Shown piece after piece: positions 48,594 to 60,269 of a stretch of DNA of 64,000 nucleotides. Position 1 is the stretch's first letter. The number at the start of each line of letters is the position of its first letter. This DNA is from Eledone cirrhosa (lineage: Eukaryota), in NCBI GenBank assembly GCA_964016885.1, contig OZ024749.1, positions 23,312,001 to 23,376,000 on the forward strand, written 5' to 3'. The notes beneath the pieces are model-generated. The model made no database searches and was not told where the DNA came from. It worked only from the letters and a program-made list of their open reading frames with translations. The position numbers were made by a program, and so were the translations under genes.

Positions 48594-49610
48594 GGACTAC
48601 AAATTTCAGAAGTCCCATTTACTGCTGAAATGGAAAACACAGAAAAAGCAAAGCAGGTAAAAGTAACTGCAAAGAAAGAACTGCTACAGAAACTGGCTAA
48701 GAAATGGCAAGAATAGCCTCTGTATGGAAAATACCCAGAGCGAGCTAACAATCCTGATGTTGACAAAACTTTAACCCATCAGTGGTTGGCATCCTCTGGA
48801 CTGAAATCGGAGACTGAAGGACTGATTATATCCGCACAAGATCAGTGTCTGCCAACAAAAAATTACCAAGCCAACATAATAAAAAATGGGTGCAGCCCAT
48901 TATGCCGTGTATGCAAAAAACAACCAGAGACCATTGATCATATAATTTCAATGTGCAGTCCTATAGCTCCAACCGAATACCTAAACAGGCATGACAGAGC
49001 TGCACAATACATACATTGGATAATGTGTAAGCATTTTGACCTGCCCCATATAAAAGAATTGGTGGGAGCATCAACCACCTCCCATACTTGAAAAAGATCA
49101 CATCTCAATCTTGTGGAACTTTAGCATCCAAACAGACCGAAAAATAGATGCAAATAGACCTGATATAATATTGAAGGACTTTCAAAGGAGGGTATGCCTG
49201 CTAATTGATATGTCTGTTCCAATAGACAAGAATGTATCTATAAAAACATTTGAAAAATTGAGCAAGTATAAGGACCTGGAGATAGAAATTGGAAAAATGT
49301 GGAAATTGAGAACTAAAACAATACCAGTGGTTGTAGGCGCTCTGGGAATGATACCTAAGGGGTCTAACGACTACTTATCGCAAATCCCAGGAAACCCGCG
49401 TATAGGAGAAATACATAAGATAGTACTAATGGGAACTGCCCATATACTAAGGAAGATCCTGTCAATATAAGTACATCACAAGTCTAAACACTAAGGATGC
49501 ATGTGTGAATATGTGTGTTCTCTCTTGAACATGGCGGACCTTGTTGTCTCTTGAGGTCACTGGTTGTGACTTGGTGATAACTCGTATAAACATAAAGCAA
49601 GATAAATGCA
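48594..49610 (+). mobile_element. 5'-truncated R4/Dong family b
   Basis: LKSETEGLIISAQDQ..CRVC..ETIDH...C..RHD..NRPDIILKD..IDMSVP..KLSKY; one stop and one frameshift; TAA on both sides. Confidence 0.92.
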
Positions 49611-49666
<56 letters not shown>

Positions 49667-49927
49667 TTTCTTTATTAACCACAAGGGTTTACATAAAGTA
49701 GACATTAAGGACAGTGCAGGACAATGCAGGACGGTACAAATGGGCATTTCTGCGTGTAAAAAAAACAAAAACAGAGGATGTAACAAAAATAACAATGAAA
49801 ATAACAATGAAAAATTCCCCAATAGGGGGGAGACTTCGGAGGGACATTTGTGGAGAAAGCCCAGTAAAAAGCCACAATGACCCTGACCACCAAGGCAAGT
49901 GTCCTCTCCCAGTTTTCCACCTTTAGT

Positions 49928-52900
49928 TTACAGATATATACTCAGAGTCGGCCCATTCACTCGGGCCATTCTTGCTTCTCTCACCCATCTTTCAACAAAA
50001 TGCTGGGAAGAGAGCACTTCCTTCTCTACTCTGATTTTCCTTTTCAAATGAAATTTGAAAAAGTCAATCAGAGCATCACCGAAGAGGTAAGTGCTCGTCT
50101 TCAGCCCTTTCAAACGTGTCCACCATACTATCTCTTTCGCCATGGCCACCAGACAGATAAAAACTGCCTGCCCTTCCCGGCTAAAGGAGGAGGGCGGGGC
50201 AATCCTCACGATAGACTCAGATGATAGCTGGATCCGTCCTAAACGCGACAGCAGGTGTTCGACATAAACCCACAAGTCAGCAATTTTCGGACACTGGACG
50301 AGTGCGTGCAGGACGGTTTCGTCGCCCTGCGCGCATCTCGGACATGCCCGGCTGACGGCACCTCCATGCCTGTAGAGTTTATCCCGAACTGGCAAGGCTC
50401 CTCGGTAGCACTGCCAGGCCAGAGATTTCTGGAAGTTGTCCATAGGCCCCGGCCCGAAAGTTCTTCCGAAGAGATTGGCTAGTTGATTTTCGTCGACGCC
50501 TAGAGTTTCCCCAAGTACGTCGTCGCTCTTCCCCTCCACTAATCCTCTATAGAACGCCGAGGTGGAGTTTCCACCGATCACATTGCCCGATTGGTCGAGG
50601 GCTGTGAGCGCCTGAAGACATTCCAGTCTCCAGGCGCTCCCTCTCGGTCTTCGCTTGACCCAGGACTGCAGCTCCGTCAAGGAAACGAGCTGGGGAAAAA
50701 CGCGTCTAGCAAACGGCGACCACACCTGATCACCGTCGAGGAAGAGGTGGAGATGTCGTAGCCTGAGCGCGTGCCTGCGCATCATCAGCCACGGCATGCC
50801 CAGCCCTCCACGTAGCGGGTGTTGACAACAGATGGACCGCCTGACCATTGGAGCACGTCCCTTCCACAAAAAGCGAAAGAGCAAACGCTCCAGCGCAGTC
50901 AGGCGAGGCTTAGGACAAGGTACGACGGTTAGGCGGTAGCAGATGACAGACGCGATGTACGCGTTAGCCACCTCCGCTCGACCTTTCAGGGATAGCTTCC
51001 TCTCCGCCCATTTCTGGGTGAGAGAAGCTACCCTGCTCGTCACCTCGTCCCAGTTTTTGTCCGTCTGGAGGTCCGGACCGAACCAGACCCCTAGCAATTT
51101 AACCGGTCCGTCCGTCCAGCGCCCGACGACGCTGTTGGACGGCATGGACCTGCCTCTCCAGGTGCCGAGCTGCAGGCCCACTGACTTTTCCTGGTTGATC
51201 ATTGCTCCTGTCACCGCTTCGTATTCTCTTAGTGTAGTGCCGATCGCCTCGATGTGTTTGGCGTTCGACACCACTACGGTGACATCGTCGGCATATGCTG
51301 ACACGGATCTTCCGCATCCTAGTTCGCGCGGGACTCCCCTCAACGTCTCCAGTTTGTGCAGTAATGGCTCGAGAGTCAATACGTACAAGAGGGACGAGAG
51401 GGGACATCCTTGGCGGACCGAGCGCATGATGTTGAACGGTTCCGACAGGTGACCGTTCACTCTCACCACAGAGCAGATGTCGCTGTGCATGGCAGCGATC
51501 CAGCCTCTGAAGACGGGCCCAAAGCCAGCCGCCCTCAGGACTGCCGCTAGGTAACGATGGTCGACCCTATCGAAAGCTTTCGACTGATCTAAATTGATCA
51601 AGGACCCACCCGTGCCAGGTTCCCTAGCTACCCTCTCTACGATGTATCGCATGAGGTGGAGGTTGTCGTGGATGGATCTGTCGGGAATGGCGCATGTCTG
51701 CGCCTCTCCCACCAGACCACCAACGACAAGCGCCAACCTCTTTGCTAGCACCTTGGCCAAAATCTTAAACTCTGTGTTTAGCAGAGTTATGGGCCGGAAA
51801 TTGTCTATGTTATCCCCCTTGTTCGGATCCTTTCTCAGCAGTGCCACCGCTCCTCGGCTCACAGAACTGGGAATTCTCCCGTTCTGTTGCCAGTTGCAGT
51901 AGACGTCCGCCAAGAGGCCCCCGAACAAGTCTGGCATCTGTACGTAAAGTTCATAGGGCAGACCATCCAAACCAGGCGATTTACCCCTTGTGCAGCCAGT
52001 CATTGCCTCCCTTACTTCAGCGGCTGTTATCGGCTTTTCGCAACACTTCGCCTCAGTGGCCGAGAGCCGCGGCAGTCCGTCGAGGTAGACACTAAAGTCC
52101 ATCCCTCTACCCGGCCCACCGCTGCCCCCGAACAGCTGAGCGAAGTGTCGCTGAAAAGCTTCACACATTTGCCCGGGATCGAGTAGCATGCGCCCGTCGT
52201 GGTCCACCAAAGACCGGATCGTGGCTTTGTTGCCACGTCGCGCCTCCGCCACTCGGGCCCATTGAACGGCTTTCGTCCCCTCGTGTCTGAGAGCACGCAC
52301 CCTAGCTCTGACAACGCAGCCTTCGTGCTTTGCATTGAAGAATTGGTCAAGGGCCAATTTCGCCGCAAGCACGTCGGTCGCAATGCCTTTGCTAAGCGCC
52401 TCGTCTAATTTTCTAACTAGTTCTCCCTCTGCTCTATTTTTCTCTATTGCTAAAGCCTTACTAAACCTAATCGATTCTATTCTAATCGCTCTTTTCAGAG
52501 CAAACCACCACTTGTTGTTGACGATGGCCCCCGTCAACGACCGCTTAACTAGTTCGCTAATCCGGTCTCTGTAGGCCTTGCGCGCTGGTAAGGACGCGTT
52601 TAGCTTCCAGTAGCCGGGTCCTCGTCTATGAAGCCTATCTAAGTCAAGCACACAGATCACGAATTTGTGGTCCGTGTAGCTGACTATCTTGAATTGTGGA
52701 CAGCCTATGCTAGACCTATCTATTTCCCTACAAAATACTCTATCTAGATATGATCTGGATGACCCTATGCGGTTTGTCCAAGTCCACATTGGCACATTCG
52801 GGAAATCCAATCGGTACCTGTCAGACAGTTCAAAACGCCTGAGCAGGTTGGTGAGGCTCTTGCACCCTCCACCCCTATCCGCTAATCCCACACAGTCCCA

Positions 52901-53347
52901 GCGTGCATCTAAGATCCCGTTCCAGTCGCCCACTAACACTAAAGAGCGGGACGTTCCAAGAAAGGTCTCCAGACGCCGGAAGAAATCAGGCCGCCCTGCT
53001 CCTGTCGGGGCATAGACGGCCACTAGCCTGAAAGCTTGCCCGTCTCCGCTGGTCACGTCCAGCACCACCAGCTTACCCTCTGGGTCCAGGAAGATGGCCC
53101 GTATGGCGAGATCCAAACCTCTCCGAAAAAGCACAGCAACTCCTCCACCCGATCCAGGACGGCTGGGAGATGCGTACACATCGTAGCCGCCGAAGATCGG
53201 TGCGAACGCCCGTGCTTCGGAGATTCTGGTCTCACTGATGGCCACTACATCTATGTTTAGTGACCTGAGGTCGTTGAGCAGGTGACCCTGCTTCCATGAC
53301 GACCCCAAGCCACGCGCATTTATGCTGCCTATTCTGAGTGAGGTCAT
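49928..53347 (-). CDS. Tx1 ORF2p (1139 aa)
   Basis: Same motifs as 41726-45145; about 16 aa differences by eye. Confidence 0.97.
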   Translation of the reverse strand: MTSLRIGSINARGLGSSWKQGHLLNDLRSLNIDVVAISETRISEARAFAPIFGGYDVYASPSRPGSGGGVAVLFRRGLDLAIRAIFLDPEGKLVVLDVTSGDGQAFRLVAVYAPTGAGRPDFFRRLETFLGTSRSLVLVGDWNGILDARWDCVGLADRGGGCKSLTNLLRRFELSDRYRLDFPNVPMWTWTNRIGSSRSYLDRVFCREIDRSSIGCPQFKIVSYTDHKFVICVLDLDRLHRRGPGYWKLNASLPARKAYRDRISELVKRSLTGAIVNNKWWFALKRAIRIESIRFSKALAIEKNRAEGELVRKLDEALSKGIATDVLAAKLALDQFFNAKHEGCVVRARVRALRHEGTKAVQWARVAEARRGNKATIRSLVDHDGRMLLDPGQMCEAFQRHFAQLFGGSGGPGRGMDFSVYLDGLPRLSATEAKCCEKPITAAEVREAMTGCTRGKSPGLDGLPYELYVQMPDLFGGLLADVYCNWQQNGRIPSSVSRGAVALLRKDPNKGDNIDNFRPITLLNTEFKILAKVLAKRLALVVGGLVGEAQTCAIPDRSIHDNLHLMRYIVERVAREPGTGGSLINLDQSKAFDRVDHRYLAAVLRAAGFGPVFRGWIAAMHSDICSVVRVNGHLSEPFNIMRSVRQGCPLSSLLYVLTLEPLLHKLETLRGVPRELGCGRSVSAYADDVTVVVSNAKHIEAIGTTLREYEAVTGAMINQEKSVGLQLGTWRGRSMPSNSVVGRWTDGPVKLLGVWFGPDLQTDKNWDEVTSRVASLTQKWAERKLSLKGRAEVANAYIASVICYRLTVVPCPKPRLTALERLLFRFLWKGRAPMVRRSICCQHPLRGGLGMPWLMMRRHALRLRHLHLFLDGDQVWSPFARRVFPQLVSLTELQSWVKRRPRGSAWRLECLQALTALDQSGNVIGGNSTSAFYRGLVEGKSDDVLGETLGVDENQLANLFGRTFGPGPMDNFQKSLAWQCYRGALPVRDKLYRHGGAVSRACPRCAQGDETVLHALVQCPKIADLWVYVEHLLSRLGRIQLSSESIVRIAPPSSFSREGQAVFICLVAMAKEIVWWTRLKGLKTSTYLFGDALIDFFKFHLKRKIRVEKEVLSSQHFVERWVREARMARVNGPTLSIYL

Positions 53348-53382
53348 GTTTAAAATAGAGTGGAAAAGATGGGAAAGACCAC

Positions 53383-55476
53383 TTACCGTACTTTTGGTAG
53401 AGGAGGGATGGTTTTTACATCCCTTTTCACTTGATCGTCTGGTGAAGGGACCGTTGAATCGTCCCTTCGGCTGGTCGTCGGCTCTTCTAAGAGAATGTCT
53501 GAATATACTCTTCGATTAATGGTTCCTCCTAGGTCCCTGAAATCACCAACTGCGTTGGGGAATTTCGTTTTAATGTTTGTGTATTGTTTCTGTGCTATTT
53601 TTAGCAGTCTTATGTTAGTTGGCGTTTTGATTGGTGCTGGTATTATGTAGTCCTGTTGTGAAATGTCTGTGTGTTCAATTATGTAAGTCATTAGTTTCTT
53701 GTTGTGTGTGTTTATTGCCGTGCATTTGTTTTTCTGGGGGTGGGGTGTGGTTCTGCTATTTTCTTGTCGTTGTTGCTGGGTGTGTGTGTTTTGTTGTTGT
53801 GTTTGCGATGTTGGTGCTTGTGGTGGTGGTGTTGAAGGTGTTGTTGGCGGTGGGGTTGTCGCCGGTGGTGATGGTGGCGCTAGTGTGGGTGGTGATGGTG
53901 TTGGTGTTGTTGCTGCTGTGGGTCTCTTTGCAGTAGACTTTACCCTTTTCTCATTTCTTTCCTCCCTTTTCAAAGGCGACGATGCGCTGCTTCTGCGTTT
54001 GTGCCTTCTTACGACCTTTTGCCATCTCTCTCCCACCTCACACTCCATGTCTGATTCTGTGAGGTCGGGGAGGGGTACCAACTCCACTCTTTCACTTGTT
54101 GTTGTTGGTGATGTTTGCACTGGAGTCTCTGTTGCAGCTGCATTTGGTATTGCTGTTGTTGTTGTTAGTATTTCCACTGCTGCTGCTGTTTTTGATTTCC
54201 GTGGAGTGGGTATGGGTGCCACGGGCCTATCGTTCCTGGTTGCCCCTTGTCCTGTTGCTGGTAGTCGTGGAGCCGGATTCGGAAGGAGGGGGGTTTTCTC
54301 CTTTCTCAGGGTCTTCTCGTTGCAGAAGGCCCTGAGGTGAGTCTTCGATCCACAGCGAAAGCATTTCGGGCGTTTGCCCTCAACACTTATGGGCAGTTGA
54401 GTGCCGTTATCGAAGTCTATCACATCCGGGATAGCTTCGATGCACTCCTGGTTGGTTTGGATTAGCATCTCAATGGAGGAGCCGACCCAATCTTCTCTTA
54501 CTTTTTTCTGTACTTGCAGTACAGTTGTTTTGTCCTCGATTCCGACGAGGACAGACGCGGCCAGCCAAGAAGGGGTCATTCCGGGGGGGACGTGGGTCAG
54601 TTTGACCCTCACAATTTTTTGCCCACAGTAGGAGGGCACCAACACCATTTCCTCGCTCCTTAGGGTCACTACTGATTGGGCCTTTGCCTCCTGGGGTGTG
54701 GCAAAAAGTACGTCTACGGTGGCATATTTTTTGCCTCGGGTGATGTGCGTTTTCCGCTGCCACACAGACCCTAAGGCTTTTTGTATTTGGGCCTCTGTGG
54801 CTCTTTCCACCCTACGGGATTTTGTACTTACTGTACGGTACGTGACCGTACAGTGCTCTTGGGTTTCGAAAAAATTTTTCGCTGCCTTGCAGATTGCTCG
54901 GTGCCCGTTCTTTGTCACCATCTTCTTCGCTTCCTCTAATTCCTCATTTGTTATGAGGATTGTTTCCAAGTTTTTCGCAATACCTGCAAATGAGATTGGT
55001 TTTTCTCTGCTGTTGTTGTTGTCGTCAGAGCTGCTGGTACTTTTGTTGCTGCAGGTACTACGACTACTGCCTCCGCCGCTGTTGCTGTGGTTGTTGTTGG
55101 TGTTGCTGCTGCTAATGCTGTTGTTGTTTATGCTGCTGGTGATGCTGTTGCGGCTGCTACTGTTGTTTTCATTGTCACTGTTGCTGTTGTTATTACGGCT
55201 GCTACTGCTATTATTCCTGACGTCAGACGAATGAACTGGGTTTTCGTATTTCCCGCACACCTGTTTCGTCGCTGTCGTCGTCGTCGTGGAGAAACCTTGC
55301 ACGCTTTGCACGAGACTTTTCTTTTCTTTCGTCACTTGCGAAAGAGAAGGGAGGGAGAGAGACACATTTAAAGAAGGGAGGGAGAGAGACAATCTTCTCT
55401 CTGCTGTAGTGATGATTGAGGAAGAAGAAGACGGAATGAGTGGGAGTGACGTATGAAATTTCTTTTTCGTAGCCAT
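53383..55476 (-). CDS. Tx1 ORF1p (697 aa)
   Basis: Same as 45181-47280 with two single-codon indels and several substitutions. Confidence 0.93.
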   Translation of the reverse strand: MATKKKFHTSLPLIPSSSSSIITTAERRLSLSLPSLNVSLSLPSLSQVTKEKKSLVQSVQGFSTTTTTATKQVCGKYENPVHSSDVRNNSSSSRNNNSNSDNENNSSSRNSITSSINNNSISSSNTNNNHSNSGGGSSRSTCSNKSTSSSDDNNNSREKPISFAGIAKNLETILITNEELEEAKKMVTKNGHRAICKAAKNFFETQEHCTVTYRTVSTKSRRVERATEAQIQKALGSVWQRKTHITRGKKYATVDVLFATPQEAKAQSVVTLRSEEMVLVPSYCGQKIVRVKLTHVPPGMTPSWLAASVLVGIEDKTTVLQVQKKVREDWVGSSIEMLIQTNQECIEAIPDVIDFDNGTQLPISVEGKRPKCFRCGSKTHLRAFCNEKTLRKEKTPLLPNPAPRLPATGQGATRNDRPVAPIPTPRKSKTAAAVEILTTTTAIPNAAATETPVQTSPTTTSERVELVPLPDLTESDMECEVGERWQKVVRRHKRRSSASSPLKREERNEKRVKSTAKRPTAATTPTPSPPTLAPPSPPATTPPPTTPSTPPPQAPTSQTQQQNTHTQQQRQENSRTTPHPQKNKCTAINTHNKKLMTYIIEHTDISQQDYIIPAPIKTPTNIRLLKIAQKQYTNIKTKFPNAVGDFRDLGGTINRRVYSDILLEEPTTSRRDDSTVPSPDDQVKRDVKTIPPLPKVR

Positions 55477-55710
55477 GTTGTTTTTTGTTTAAAATGAAAT
55501 TTTGGGTACAAAACCCCAATAACTGATTATTTAACCCCGAAGGGCCAAATAACGGACAGAAAGACCCCTCTCACGAGGAGGGGGGTGTCTTTATCAACAA
55601 TTTGGTTCAAGTTTTAAACAATTTACAATTGTTTTAACGGTTAAAAATTACTATACCTTACAGAGCCGAGCCTCCGTCAACCATGGCATTCAATAATAAT
55701 AATAATAATA

Positions 55711-56756
55711 AAGAGGAGTGATGTCGATAGACTCTACCTAAGGAGATCTGAGGGTGGAAGAGGTCTTATCAGCATAGAGGACTGTGTTCAGATGGAGAAA
55801 AACAACCTATACAAATACGTGACCTATAGTAAGGAGCCAATGCTCAGAACTGTACTGAAGGAGGGGACAGTAGGCCAGGGGATGTCCAAGGAGGAAATAA
55901 CATCAAGGAGGAAGAGCAGCCTTAAGGGAAAATCCCTTCATAGTACCTTCTTTGAGAAAACTGAATTTAGAGATGCACAGACATGGAACTGGTTGAGAAG
56001 GGGAGACCTGAAAAAGGCTACAGAAGGAAGGCTAATGGCTGCGCAGGAGCAGGCCCTCAAAACGAAGTGGTTGAAGCACCATATTTACAAGGAGGAGGCT
56101 AGCCCACTGTGCAGGATCTGTGGAGAGAGAGAGGAGACTGTGGCTCACATTGTGTCCGAGTGTAAACAACTAGCCCAGACCCACTATAAGGGCTGGAGAC
56201 ACGATGTGATGGGCAGGGTGCTCCACTGGCACCTGTGCAAGGTAAACAATTTACCACATTCTGAGAAATGGTATGAGCATAGGCCAGAGGTGGTGATGGA
56301 GAACAATCAGGTGAAGGTGTTGTGGGATTTTAGGATACAGACGGACAAAAAACTGGAACACGATAGACCTGACCTGGTGGTTGTGGACAAAGAAAAAAGA
56401 TCGTGTCTGATTGTGGATGTGGCCTGCCCTTTCGACACGAGAGTGCAAGAGAAGGAGAGGGAGAAAATTAACCGATACCAGGACCTAAAGTGGGAGGTGA
56501 AAAGGATTTGGAATTGCCATGAAGTCAAAGTGATCCCGATTGTCATAGGCGCACTGGGGACTATCTCCAAAAGTTTCCAGGGATGGTTAAAGAAAATCGG
56601 CCCCTTCACGCTTTTTGGAACGCTTCAAAAGGCATGCTTGCTTGGAACAGCAAGAACCCTCCGATACGTCCTGAATATCTGAGGCTGCAGGTAGTGGCTT
56701 GATATTCAATCCAACGGACTTTCCAGTTAACCAACATCAATGACTGAGATTCAAGG
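55711..56756 (+). mobile_element. 5'-truncated R4/Dong family a (copy 4; duplicate of 47515-48560)
   Basis: Same truncation point; identical translations; offset 8196. Confidence 0.95.
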
Positions 56757-56789
56757 AATAACAACAATAATAATAATAACAATAATAAT

Positions 56790-57806
56790 GGACTACAAAT
56801 TTCAGAAGTCCCATTTACTGCTGAAATGGAAAACACAGAAAAAGCAAAGCAGGTAAAAGTAACTGCAAAGAAAGAACTGCTACAGAAACTGGCTAAGAAA
56901 TGGCAAGAATAGCCTCTGTATGGAAAATACCCAGAGCGAGCTAACAATCCTGATGTTGACAAAACTTTAACCCATCAGTGGTTGGCATCCTCTGGACTGA
57001 AATCGGAGACTGAAGGACTGATTATATCCGCACAAGATCAGTGTCTGCCAACAAAAAATTACCAAGCCAACATAATAAAAAATGGGTGCAGCCCATTATG
57101 CCGTGTATGCAAAAAACAACCAGAGACCATTGATCATATAATTTCAATGTGCAGTCCTATAGCTCCAACCGAATACCTAAACAGGCATGACAGAGCTGCA
57201 CAATACATACATTGGATAATGTGTAAGCATTTTGACCTGCCCCATATAAAAGAATTGGTGGGAGCATCAACCACCTCCCATACTTGAAAAAGATCACATC
57301 TCAATCTTGTGGAACTTTAGCATCCAAACAGACCGAAAAATAGATGCAAATAGACCTGATATAATATTGAAGGACTTTCAAAGGAGGGTATGCCTGCTAA
57401 TTGATATGTCTGTTCCAATAGACAAGAATGTATCTATAAAAACATTTGAAAAATTGAGCAAGTATAAGGACCTGGAGATAGAAATTGGAAAAATGTGGAA
57501 ATTGAGAACTAAAACAATACCAGTGGTTGTAGGCGCTCTGGGAATGATACCTAAGGGGTCTAACGACTACTTATCGCAAATCCCAGGAAACCCGCGTATA
57601 GGAGAAATACATAAGATAGTACTAATGGGAACTGCCCATATACTAAGGAAGATCCTGTCAATATAAGTACATCACAAGTCTAAACACTAAGGATGCATGT
57701 GTGAATATGTGTGTTCTCTCTTGAACATGGCGGACCTTGTTGTCTCTTGAGGTCACTGGTTGTGACTTGGTGATAACTCGTATAAACATAAAGCAAGATA
57801 AATGCA
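56790..57806 (+). mobile_element. 5'-truncated R4/Dong family b (duplicate of 48594-49610)
   Basis: Same truncation and lesions; followed by TAA tract 57807-57901. Confidence 0.93.
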
Positions 57807-57878
<72 letters not shown>

Positions 57879-58207
57879 TATAATAATAATAATAATAATA
57901 AGAAGAAGAATAAGAAGAAGAAGAAGAATGAGGAGGAGGAAGAGTAAAAAGAGGTGGAGTAGGTGCAACATTAATATTAACAAGAGCAAACATTACAAAA
58001 GGCCATATAACAGCAACCACTTCTGCATCAATAACAATAAACAAACACGAAAGAAAGCAAAAAAAACACATTAACAACAACAACAACAACAACAGCAATG
58101 ACGGCAACGGAATTAACAGGAGCCGCCATGTTGAAAAACTTTAATGATTACAACAGCGAAATAATCAGCAGGTAGAGGAACAAAACAACTTCAGTAACAT
58201 TATCATT

Positions 58208-58773
58208 GGCAACAACAACAACAATGACGACAACAACGCCGACGACGACAACAACAGCAGCAGCAGCAGCAACAACAACAAAAACGATATCGACGAAGAC
58301 GACAGCAGCAGCAACAAAAACAACAACAACAACTACGACGACTACGACGACGACGACGACAACAACAACAGCAGCAGCAACAACAGTAACAGCAACAAGA
58401 GCAACAACAACAACAACGACGACGACGACAGCAGCAGCAGCAGCGACAACAACAACAACGACGACGACGACAACAACAGCAGCAGCAACAACAACAACAA
58501 CGACGACGGCAACGACAGCAGCAACAACAACAGCAACAACAACAACAGCAACAACACAACAGCAACAACAAATTCAACTACTAATACTACTACTTCTACT
58601 ACTACTATTGCTACTATTACTACTACTACTACTACAACAACGATTACTACTACTACTACTACTACTATTACTACTACTACTACTACTATTACTACTACTA
58701 CTACTAATGCTACTACTACTACTACTACTACTACCACTACTGCTGCTGCTCCTACTACTACTACTACAACAGT

Positions 58774-58836
<63 letters not shown>

Positions 58837-58862
58837 AGGCACAACAACATAACAACAACACA
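58208..58862. repeat. (CAA/CAG/CGA)n then (CTA)n tracts
   Basis: Direct reading. Confidence 0.95.
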
Positions 58863-58932
58863 AACAGTAACATCAAGTCAACTTCTGCAGCAGTTGATAA
58901 AAAATAACGGTCTGTTTAATGATGATGTTTAG

Positions 58933-59140
58933 GATAGGCACAAGGCTACTAATTTCGTGGGCGGTGCGGGGTCGATTAAATTGACTCCAGTGTATTACTG
59001 GTACTTTATTTTATCGACATCGTAAGGATGAAAGGCAAAGTTAACCTCGGCGGGATTTGAACTCAGACCGTAAAGGGCCGTAACTCTATGAGGCGAAGCA
59101 TAATGTCAGACGCTCTACCCAGACTGCCAATCAACCGCCC
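58933..59140 (-). mobile_element. SINE copy, near full length
   Basis: ACTGGTACTTTATTTTATCGAC..GGATGAAAGGCAAAGTTAACCTCGGCGGGATTTGAACTCAG..CGCTCTACC..CTGCCA. Confidence 0.85.
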
Positions 59141-59349
59141 TAACGGTCACTATAATGATAATAACAACAACAACAAAAATAATTCAGTAGCAACAACAAC
59201 AAATATAAATAAACAACACCTGTTACACCATTAGTATAATTAGCAACACATTCATAGCCAAAATAGTTAATTATGGAAACGATAGCAACAATAACACGAA
59301 TAGCATAACAACAATGATATAAATAGCAACAGCAATTATATAAATAGCA

Positions 59350-59715
59350 ACAGCAATAATACAAATAGCAGCAGCAGTAACACGAATAGCAACGGCAATA
59401 ACACGAGTAGCAACGACAATAACGCGAATAGCAACGACAATAACACGAATAGCAACGATAATAACGCGAATAGCAACGATAATAACGCGAATAGTAACGA
59501 CGATAACGCGAATAGCAACGACAATAACGCGAATAGCAACGACAATAACGCGAATAGCAACGGCAATAACGCGAATAGCAACGACAATAACACGAACAGC
59601 AACGACAATAACTGGAATAGCAACAATAACGCGAATAGCAACGACAATAACGCGAATAACAACGACAATAACGTGCATAGCAACGACAATAACGCGAATA
59701 GCAACGACAATAACA
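59350..59715. repeat. 21-bp minisatellite AATAGCAACGACAATAACGCG
   Basis: About 17 near-identical units. Confidence 0.92.
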
Positions 59716-59925
59716 TGAATAATAATCGTTTCTATTTTTAGCACAGTGCCAGCACTTTAAATAGAAGAGGAAACAGTGAGGAGGAGGAGATTGGGGAAGA
59801 GGTGGAGGATGACGAGGGGGAGGAGGGGGAGAGAGACAGAAATAGATAGAGATAGAGAAAGAGAGAGAGTGAGAAGGACGTATAGATAGATAGAGATAGA
59901 GAAAGAGAGAGAGTGAGAAGGATGG

Positions 59926-59964
<39 letters not shown>

Positions 59965-59985
59965 AAGAAAAAAGAGAGAGATAGA

Positions 59986-60033
<48 letters not shown>

Positions 60034-60269
60034 GAGAGAGAGAGAGATATGGATAGATAGATAGAGTGATAGATAGAGAAAGAGAGAAATATATAGAGAG
60101 AGAGACTTAGAGGAAAAATCAACGCCATAATTCGACTGGTAAATTGCTTTTATCGATTCTGGAGAGATGAAAGTTAAAGTTGATCACGGCAGGATTAGAA
60201 CTCAGAGCGATGAGGGAGTGTACGTTGTATCATCTCTTTCTGTAACAAACATTACAGGAAACATTCTTC

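Larger units (their letters stand above)
49665..55691 (-). mobile_element. Full-length intact Tx1-clade LINE (copy B) in (TTA)n
   Basis: Same termini as copy A; TAA tracts 49611-49664 and 55692-55710. Confidence 0.96.
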
